Of a DNA stretch of 64,000 bases, positions 54,259-64,000 are shown in pieces; position 1 is the stretch's first letter; each line of letters starts with the position of its first letter. Source of the DNA: the human T2T-CHM13v2.0 reference genome, Homo sapiens; assembly GCF_009914755.1 (NCBI RefSeq), contig NC_060947.1; one strand, written 5' to 3'. Both the position numbers and the translations under genes were made by a program. Below the pieces are notes generated by a model, which saw only the letters and a program-made list of their open reading frames with translations, was not told the DNA's origin and made no database searches.

Positions 54259-55139
54259 TCCCAATGAAAGAAATCAAAGGCTAATGAATGGCCATGTTTA
54301 TGGATAGAAAGACACAATATTATCAAGATGTTGGTTCATTGTTACTAGATCTATAGATCTAACATAATCCCAAACAAAATCCCAGAAGGTAATTTTGTGT
54401 GTATCAACAAACATTCTAAAATTTATATGAAGATTCAAAAGACAATGATTAGCCACCACAGTATTGAAGAAGAATAACAAAGTTGGAGGACTGACATTGT
54501 TCTACTTTAAGACTTACTATAAATCTAAAGTAAACAAGATAGTGTAGTTTCAGCAAATGAATAAACAAATAGATCCGTTTAGAACAGAATAGGGAGCTGA
54601 GAAAGAGACCCAAATGAATACTGTCAACTGAATTTTGACAAAGGAGCAAAGTCAGTGTAATGAAGCAAAGATAGTGTTTCAACAAATGGTGCCGGAACAA
54701 CTGGACATCTATACACCAAAAAAGGTGGGAGGAGTCTAGATACAGATCTTACATCTTTCTTAAAACAATAACTCAAAATGGACCACAGACCTAAATGTGA
54801 AATGCAAAACTATAAAAATTCCTTCAAGATAATATAGGAGAAAATCTCAATGACCTTGCGTTTGGTAATGGCTTTTTAGAAACAACATCATATGCACTAT
54901 CAATAGAAGAAAGAACTGATAACTGGCTTTTATTAAAGTTAAAAATGTCTGAGTCTGTGAAGACACAATCAAGAGAAGAGAAAGAAAAGCCACAGATTGG
55001 GAAAAACGTTTGCAGAATACATTTATCTGATAAAGGACTGTTATTTAAAATGTGCAAAGAACCCTTAAAACTGAAGAGTAAGAAAACAAATAACCATATT
55101 AAAAAATGAGCAAAGACCTTAACAGATACCACACCAAAG

Positions 55140-55143
<4 letters not shown>

Positions 55144-55171
<28 letters not shown>
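55144..55171. repeat. (TA)14 microsatellite
   Basis: Pure TA repeat. Confidence 0.95.
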
Positions 55172-55749
55172 GCAAACAAGCATATTAAAAGATGCTCCAT
55201 ATCATGTGTAGTCAAAAAACGCAAATTAAAACAAGATACTGCTACACAACTATTAGAATGGTCAAAATTCAGAACACTGATAACATGAAATGCTGGTGGG
55301 GATGTGGAGCAACAGAAATTCTCATTCATTGCTGGTGGGAATGCAAAATCGTACAGTCACTTAGGAAGACAATTTGGCAGTTTCTTGTAAAATGAAAGAT
55401 ACTCTTACCATTTGTTCTAAGCAGTCATGCTCCTTAGTATTTACTCAAAAATTTGAAAACTTATGTGCACACAAAAACCTGCATGCAGATGTTTATAGTG
55501 GCTTTATTCATAACAGCCAAAACGTAGAAACAACCAAGATGTTCTTTAGTAGGTGAATGGGGAAATAAATTATGGTAAGCTAAACCATGGAATATTATTC
55601 CACACTTTTAAAAATGAGCTATCAAGACATAAAAAGAAATGACGGAACCTAAAATGCATATTACTAAGCAAAAGAAGGCAAACTGAAAAGTCAACATAAT
55701 GCATGATTCCAACTATATGACATTCTGGAAAAGGCAAAACTATGAAGAT

Positions 55750-57972
55750 TGTATTAGTCTGTTCTCATGCTGCTAATAAAGACATACAAAAGACTGGGTA
55801 ATTTATAAAGGAAAGAGGCTTAATTCTCACAGTTCCACATGGCTAAGGAGGCGTCACAATCATGCTGCAAAATGAATGAGGAACAAAGTCACGTCTTGCA
55901 TAGCAGCAGGCAAGAAAGAGCTTGTACAGGGGAGCTCCCATGTATAAAACCATGAGTTCTTGTGAGACTTATTCACAATTATGAGTACAGTATAGGGGAA
56001 ACTGCCCCCATGACTCATTTATCTCCACCTGGCCCTGCCCTTGACATGTGGGGATTATTACACTTCAAACTGAGATTTGGGTGGGGACACACCCAAACCA
56101 TATCACTCCACCCTGATCCCTCCCAAATCTCATGTCCTCACCTTTCAAAACCAATCATGCCATCCCAACAGTCCCCCAAAGTCTTAACTCATTTCAGCAT
56201 TAACTTGAAAGTCCATAGTCCAAAGTCTCATCTGAGAAAAGGCAAGTCTTTTCCACCTATGAGCCTGAAAGATCAAAAGCAAGTTAGTTAATTCCTAGAT
56301 ACAATGAAGATACAGGCATTGAGTAAATACACCCATTTCAAATGGAAGAAATTGGCCAAAATGAAGGGGCTATAGGCCCCATGCAAGTCTGAAATCCAGC
56401 CAGGCAGTCAAATCTTAAAGCTCCAAAATGCTCTCCTTTGACTCCATGTCTCACATCCAGGTCATGCTGATGCAAGAGGTGGATTCCCATGGTCTTGGGC
56501 AGCTCCACCCCTGTGGCTTTGCAGGGTACATTCCCTCTCCTGGCTGCTTTCATGGGCTGGCATTGAGTGTCTATGGCTTTTGCCAGCGCATGGTGCAAGC
56601 TGTCAGTGGATCTACCATTCTGGGTTCTGGAGGCAGTGGCCCTCTTCTCACAGCTCCACTAGGGAGTGCTCCAATGGGGACTCTGTGTAGGGGCTACCAC
56701 CTCACATTTCCCTTCTGCACTACCCTAGCAGAGGTTCTTCATGAGGGCTCTGCCCCTGCAGCACACCTCTGTCTGGACATCCAGGCATTTCCATACACCC
56801 TCTGAAATATAGGCAGAGGTTCCCAAACCTCAATTCCTGACTTCAGTGCACCTGCAGGCCCAACACCACATGTAAGCCACAAAGCCTTGGGGTTTGCATC
56901 CTCTGAAGCAATAGCCTGAGCTGTACCTTGGCCCCTTTTAGCTAGGGCTGGAGCTGAAGTAGCTGGGAAGCAGGGCAGGGCACCATATCCCAAGGCTGCA
57001 AACAGCAGGGAGGCCCTGGGCCCGGCCCAGACCATTTTTTCCTTCTAGGCCTCCAGGTCTGTGATGGAAGGGGCTGGGCTGGTGTGAAGGTCTCTGACAT
57101 GCCCTGGAGACATTTTCCCCATTGTATCGGGGATTAACATCCGGATTACTTATGCAAATTTCTGCAGCCGGCTTGAATTTCTCCATAGAAAATGGGGTTT
57201 TCTTTTCTATTGCACCGTCATGTTGCAAATTGTCCAAACTTTTATGCTCTGCTTCATCTTGAACACTTTGCCACTTAGAAATTTCTTCCCCCAGATACCT
57301 TAAATCATCTCTCTCAAGTTCAAAGTTCCACAGATTTCTAGGGCAGGGGAAAAATGCTGCTAGTCTCTTTTCACAGCAAGAGTGACCTTTACTCCAGTTC
57401 CCAAAAAGTTCCTCATCTCCATCTGAGACAACCTCAGCCTGGACCTTATTGTCCATATCACTATCAGCATTTTGGTCAAAGCCATTCAACAAGTCTCTAG
57501 GAAGTTCCAAACTTTCCCACATTTTCCTGTCTTCTTCTGAGCCCTCCAAACTCTTCCAACCTCTGCCTGTTACCTAGTTCCAAAGTCGCTTCTACATTTT
57601 CAGGTATCTTTACAATAGCACTGCACTCTACCAGTACCAATTTACTGTATTAGTCTGTTCCCACATGACTGGGTAATTTACAAAGGAAAAAGGTTTTATT
57701 GACTCACAGTTGCACATGGCCAGGGAGACCTCACAATCATGAATGAGGAACAAAGTCATGTCTTACATGGCAACAGGCAAGGGAGAGCTTGTACAGGGGA
57801 ACTCCCATTTATAAACCCATCAGCTATCATGAGACTTATTCACAATCACAAGAACAGTATGGGGGAAACCACCCCCATGATTCAATTATCTCCATCTGGC
57901 CCCACCCCTGACATGTGGGGATTACTACAATTCAAGCTGAGATTTGGGTGGGGACACAGCCAAACCATATCA
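55750..57972 (-). mobile_element. full-length THE1C-like MaLR provirus (LTR 57646-57972, internal 56106-57645, LTR 55750-56105)
   Basis: Two direct-repeat LTRs tgtattagtc...aaccatatca around a 1.54-kb THE1-int; degenerate TSD aagat/gatat. Confidence 0.93.
56938..57549 (-). pseudogene. THE1-int ORF remnant (203 codons open)
   Basis: EGSEEDRKMWESLELPRDLLNGFDQNADSDMDN...LWNFELERDDL is typical MaLR internal ORF sequence; the track start is TTG, not ATG. Confidence 0.75.
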
Positions 57973-58737
57973 GATATGATACAAAGACGAGTGGTTCCCA
58001 GGGTTATGGAGGAAGGAGGGATGAACAGGTGGAGCATAGAGGATTTTTAAAGCAGTGAAACTACTCTCTGTGATACCATAATGGTGGTTACATGTCATTA
58101 TATATTTGGCCAAACCCATAGAATGTACAACACCAAGAGGGGATCCAAATGTCAACTACGGACTTTGGGTGTAATGATGTATCAGTGTAGGTCCATCAAT
58201 AGTAATAAATGTACCACTCTGGTTGGGGGATATTAACAGTGGAGAAAGCTATGCATGTCAGGGGGCAGGAAGTATAAGCAAAATCTCTATACCTTTTTCT
58301 CAATTTTGTTGTGAATCTAAACCACTCTTTAAAAAAAAAGTTTATTAGAAAACATTTATTTCTACACAAATCCCATTTTCCAAATACATATTATGACCCA
58401 GATATGTTAGGAAAATCTTCATTAGAATAAATTTACTAAGAGCATGAATGTGGATTTGGGATTTTAAAGAGGATTTTCAACCAAAAAATGATAAAAAAAA
58501 AAAAAAAGACAGTCTAATACCCAATTGTTAGAATATGACTATAACTCAAACATCCTGAGTTTTGATAAAAAAAACTATATTATCATCAGATGCCTCTCCT
58601 GTATCTTCAGCCTCTTTCTGTTCACAGTGCCCGCACCTCAACTTGTAAATATGCACAAGCCCATTGCATATTTAAAAACAAATTAAAAATCAATCAGACA
58701 AAATAGCTATTGAATCTGGCTTTTCTCTTTTAACATA

Positions 58738-59055
<318 letters not shown>

Positions 59056-59729
59056 TAGTCATAGTTCTAAAAGGGCACTCTGTAGTGGTCACCCACATTT
59101 TCTCACACAACTTTTCACTCATTAAAAAAGTGAATTATTTACAGTTTTGAATAATACATATTCCTTTGGAAAAATGTAATTCTAACATATAGAAGTATGT
59201 ATACTGTGTGTGCGTGTGTGTCTTCAAAGGTGGATTCTGGGAACAAGCATTGGGGCAGATATGCTGATGTAACCTAGAGAATCCTTCTGAGGCTTTCCAA
59301 CCACTTGGAGAAGAGAGAAGGTATTGAATTTGATTCTCCCTGATAATGTGCAAGAGCCAAGGGACCAGCAACAGAATCAATGGTTTATTTATTTTTAAGT
59401 GATTAGATTTCATAGTCATCTGAGGGAACCCATCTGGCACAAATGTATCAGAATGAGGTACACTTGCTGTTTTGTTTATATGGTTCCATGATGCTTGCCA
59501 GATTATTCTGACTTCAGTGGTCCTAAAAAGGTTGATGTACTGGTGACCTGAACTGCTTCTAGACCTTGCAGATGAGAGAGAAATTGGGAGACCCGAGAGC
59601 AAAGAGGCATTCTCCATGCACTTCAGCAGAGAGGAAAAATTAGCAGACATCTGAGAGCCAGTCATTACTTGCTAGTTGACTGTATGTCAAGGAACTATAA
59701 TGGTGTGACATGTATAATTCTGTGGAAGC

Positions 59730-60660
59730 CCATAATCATGAGGAAACAGAGAAAAAGAAAAACTCAGTTAAAAAATGAGTAACATGGAGGACAAAAATCA
59801 GGCTAAATATCCAGAACAATTGTATCCCAGTGAAATCGAGCTGATGGCAATGATAAAGGATAGAGGAAAAAGAAAAAGAAGGAGGGGGAGGAGGAGAACT
59901 GTTAGAACACACAATATATTTTATGGTTCTATTAAAGAAAAGATTCTTGATTTTTGAAATTCAACAAACAATCATTGCTGAAACATTACTTAGTGATCTG
60001 GAATATTAAGTGTAAAAATATTTTACATAGACCAAAAACATGAAGAGATGGGAATATAGAGGGAAAAGATAAGAGATTTAGAAGAAAATTCCAGAAGTCC
60101 TAACTTGCCAATAACTGCAGGTCTAGAGAATTAGCTAACATTTACTGAGCACTTGAAATTTGCCCGACAATCTTCCTAAGGGATTTATATGTATTAACTA
60201 ATTTAAACTTCAACAAAACAAAGCAAAACACCATATGAGGTAGGTACTGCTATGATCATTAACTCTATTTTATAGGTAAGAAAACAGGAGCATAGAGAAG
60301 TTAAGCAAAATTTCCAGAGTCAAAGAGTTTTTAAGTGGAAAAGTTGAGATTTGAACCAAAGTGGTTTGTGCACTTAACCAGTGTACTATACTTTTTTGTG
60401 CAAGAGAAAAATGAATAGATGGAAGATAATTGATATTAAAATAAATAATAAAATATAACTTTTTGATATAAAAATACTCCAGTTTGCAGATTGAAAAGGC
60501 TACTAGGCAGGATTGATGAAAACCCAAATTCCTGGTAAAATTCCCTAATTTCAAAGAAAAAATATAAAAAGCTTTCAGTTAGCAAGATCTGTCTGCTCAC
60601 AAAGCAAAAGAATCAGACTAGTATCAGACTTTTCATTCCAAAAGGGGAAAGCTAGAACAA
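59730..60660 (+). mobile_element. HAL1/ancient L1 ORF1-like remnant split by a MIR
   Basis: gaaaagataagagatttagaag...ccagaagtcctaac; gaatcagactagtatcagactt. Confidence 0.5.
60131..60390 (-). mobile_element. MIR SINE
   Basis: agctaacatttactgagcactt...atgaggtaggtactg...gagaagttaagcaa...gagatttgaacc. Confidence 0.8.
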
Positions 60661-60661
60661 T

Positions 60662-60795
60662 GCTTCTTAAATTTTAATGTAGAAATGGCCTAGGGTTCTA
60701 TTAAAAAGTAAATTCTGATTCAGTAGGTCTGGGATAGGGTTATAAAGTCTGCAATTATATCAAAATTCCAAGTGATGACAGAGTTATTGAGAGCT
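60662..60795. mobile_element. MER5-like hAT fragment
   Basis: aaattctgattcagtaggtctggg...tccaagtgatg. Confidence 0.6.
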
Positions 60796-62113
60796 AACCT
60801 CCAGAATAGGGAAAATGCTTATTAAGAGAGAAGAGAGCTGTGTGACTCTTTATAACCTTGGAGGCACTGTAGAAGACCAAACTCACTACAGATGGGGTAA
60901 GATAATGCCAGGACAACTTAACAAATATTTAATGGCCAGCTGAATGTGGTTTACCATGAGAGTGGTAACTCAGAACCAGTTACCAATTACCTGCCAAGTT
61001 TCCCCAGAGTGTGGCCTTCTGAAAGCAGGTGTCAGAGGAGCAGAGTGTAGAGCTCCCCTAAGGCACCAAAAGTCAGGCTAGATATGAAAATTAAACAGAA
61101 GTCCTGATTGACGTAAAAAACTGGTAAAGGATATTAAAAACAGTATACATACCTCAAATTTCAGAAAGCAGAGCTTAAAGCACAGAAAAAATGCTCAAGC
61201 AATGCTGAAGATAATGTCAAGGAAGTCCTCAAAATATTTAGATTCTGTGGAGAACTGCATTAATTGAATGTGTAACAAATCACAGACCCAGCTCAATCAC
61301 AGCTTAGATGTGAACTCAGACTACCACCTTATTGCCTGACACAGGAAGAAGGGTACCCTTTTCTCAGTATTAATATAATATAGTTCAGTCTCTACTATTT
61401 TTTACATACGATATCTGGCATACAATAAAAATAAGATAAAAGATGCAAAGAAGCAACATATGACCCATGATTAAGAGGAAAAATCCATCCAAAGAAGACA
61501 CATGGCCACTCAGATCCTGGGATTAGCAGAGAAAAATTTTTAAATAACCATGATAAATGTATAAAATAGTCTAGAGGAAAAACTGACCAACATGCACGAA
61601 GAGATGCGAAAGATAGGCGTAGAAATGCCATCTATATAAAATATAAAATAAATCCAAATTCTAAAATTAAAAACTACAATATCAGAATTAAAAATTCATT
61701 CAGCAGTCTGAATAACAGAACAAACACAGCAGAATAAACACGGCAGTGAACTTGAAGAAAGTAAATGGAAATTTGTCCTAACTGAAACAAAGGGGAAAAA
61801 CTCTGATAGGTTATCTTTGTAATGAAAGTCCAACAAAGAAAATAGAGTAAGAATAGAGCAGAGAAAAATATTTATAGAGATAACAACGAAGAATTTTCCA
61901 TGATTGATAAAAGACCCCACAGATCCAAGAATGTCAGTGAATCTGAAGCAGTTTGTTCTGGTTTCTTTCTAATTTGGTCTTGAGGTCTCTGTTGTCAGTG
62001 GCCATAAGCCAAGATAGGCACTCACTAGGAGAGCCCTGAGGCTGAAGGGAGGGAGTTAGGCTTGGTATGTGTGTCAGGTGATACACTGTGAGGAGGTAAA
62101 ACCAAAATGCGTA

Positions 62114-62752
62114 TGTGGGGGCCAAGGCCTTCCGCCCCCTAAAGGTTCACTGAAAAATCACTGACATGAGGCAGATGAATTAATAGCAGAAAAAGTATAG
62201 AAGTTTATTTAACGTGTATATACAGGACCCTTCAGAATGAAGATCCAAAGATACAGGGGAAATTGTGCATTTTTATGCTTAGGTTCAACAGAGTAGACAG
62301 TCATATAGGCATATGATAGGACAAAAAGGCTATGATCAAATGCTGATAGAATGAGTAGGGAAACCCAACAGGGCCTGTCTAGATTCTTCTAGGCCTCTCT
62401 GAGCACACATTCCTTCGTTCTGGCTGTGGGGCAGGGCCCTGTCTGGAACATGGGTCTTATGACCTACAGTCAAACAAGGTAGGCCAGATAATTTCTTTAT
62501 GGTCAATTTTTACACAGAAAGGTGGAGGGAAAGTTAGGGTAATATTTTTAGGTTTTATGGCTGGCTTTCAGGAAAAGGGGTTCTGGTGTCCATAACCTGT
62601 TTTGGGGAAGAGCGATTCTAGTTTCCTTGGCTAGCCTTGGGGGAGAATGGGACTGAGAGACAGGAGGGCAGGAGAAGGTCAGAGAAAAACTTTTGCTTTT
62701 GAGGCTGCTTCTGAGGCCTTCACTTGAGGGTATTGTTTTCTGAGCTCCAACA
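62114..62752 (-). mobile_element. MER39B-like solo LTR (ERV1)
   Basis: Sense start tgttggagctcagaaaacaataccctcaagtgaaggcctcagaagcagcc; 639 bp. Confidence 0.88.
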
Positions 62753-62861
62753 CAGAACAAGTAATGTATTGCTTATAGATCCCAGAGAGGTTAGGGGTGC
62801 CAGCAGGAGGTCAATGGGACGTCAGGAGGCCATAGGGAGCTCAACTAGTGGGTGGAGAGTT

Positions 62862-62909
62862 AGAGACAGAGAGAGAGCGAGAGCGAGAGAGAGAGAGAGA
62901 GAGAGAGAG
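62862..62909. repeat. (GA)n microsatellite
   Basis: GA-rich tract inside the outer LTR. Confidence 0.9.
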
Positions 62910-63379
62910 AACTTATAGGACTATGCATTTATTAAGGTCCATGGGCATTATCCCTTAGGCTTTCCAACGGGGGGCTGTGGATTGGCTAGTTTAAGAAAAC
63001 ATGAACAAAGCGGGGAACTTATTGACATGACTCTGGCATTGACCAACCATTAGGTTTTATGGTGGTCAGCAGCTGTGGAATGTGTTGGGGTCAGTGAGAT
63101 GAGGAACAAGTGAGCCATATGGCAAACAACTACACAGTGAGGGGAGATTTCAACTAGGCTAAATGTGATGGGGTATGACTGAGTTTCCAGCAACTTATCT
63201 CAGGCCTAAAAATGGATGCTGAGGCAGGAACTATATTAAATTTATGACGCAGGTTAAAATAAAAGGAAATCACATCTAGGCACATCATTGTCAAACTACT
63301 AAAAACAAAATACATATATAATTTATCTATGCATTCATGTATCTATGTATTTATGTATCTATTATCTATTTATAGGTAG

Positions 63380-63810
63380 TGAGCCATGTGATTTGTTGCC
63401 AAGATCCTCCTCAGGTTCGGAGCCAAAGGATTTAATTTTCAAGTTATTAGAAGTAATCTTGACTGAGCCTTCAACTTTCAGCCCTTTCCAGAAATTGTCC
63501 TTATTGGACAGAGATAACTTCAAGGTCACAACTTCTTTCTGGGAACAGTCTATTTCCAATTACTAGTGTCAATATGAGAATATCAACCCTTGGTTCCCTC
63601 AATGTATTGTCAAACAAGTTTGAAAGTTTATCCCAGTTTCATGACTCCCTAGGCTAGGCTAAGGCCTTTGTTGAGACTGCTTTACATCCTAGCTTCTCTA
63701 CCAAATCTTGCTCCCTTTTTTTCTGCAGTTATTAATCCTAAGAATATCCCCAATAAAATTCCTGTACAGGAATCTTCATCTAAGAGTCTGCTTCCCCACA
63801 AAACCAAACT
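63380..63810 (+). mobile_element. ancient ERVL LTR fragment (LTR16/33-like 3' end)
   Basis: cccaataaaattcctgtac...catctaagagtctgcttcccc...ccaaact. Confidence 0.45.
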
Positions 63811-64000
63811 ATATATGCAACAATATATGTATACACGTGTGTGCATTGTTTATAAGACTATTGACACTGAAAATCAATAATAATAGTGTATTTGTGGAGT
63901 ATATAACACATATAGAAAAATATTTTGAAAAAATAACCCAATAATTGGAAATGGATAATTGAAATTATACTGTTTGAAGGTTCGTACGTTGTCTGTGAGG

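Larger units (their letters stand above)
61954..63249 (-). mobile_element. ERVL-type LTR (LTR47/MER73-74 group) hosting MER39B
   Basis: tgttctgg...atttatgacg termini; 5-bp TSD cagtt/caggt; subfamily uncertain. Confidence 0.65.
60900..63310 (+). mobile_element. old L1M 5'/ORF1 region split by LTRs
   Basis: cagatccaagaatgtcagtgaatc [LTRs] aaatcacatctaggcacatcattgtcaaact is collinear ORF1 text. Confidence 0.6.

Overview
AT-rich primate genomic DNA, human-like (catarrhine, judged from L1PA7, MER11 and LTR12F-type elements plus AluS/J). The window is dominated by interspersed repeats: L1, Alu, MIR, L2, L3, MaLR/ERV LTRs, and Tigger/hAT DNA transposons. I recognise no host protein-coding gene, tRNA, rRNA or CRISPR array. 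Most ORF-track entries are chance ORFs or decayed L1/THE1 fragments. Main structures: (i) a ~16 kb nested complex (42130-58350), an old L1MC1-like element hosting a full-length L1PA7 (itself carrying an LTR12F solo LTR), an AluSq, an L1PB4 fragment and a two-LTR THE1C provirus; (ii) an L1MA element with both ends and a TSD whose 5'UTR is fused directly to late ORF2; (iii) a MER11 solo LTR with a perfect 6-bp TSD; (iv) several + strand exon-like segments in unique DNA, three of which join into one open frame; (v) an ETS/AP-1 motif cluster. Repeat subfamily names come from remembered consensus sequences and boundaries of old repeats are approximate. I cannot support a claim of a wholly new biological system; the best leads are the candidate spliced transcript and the internally deleted L1.
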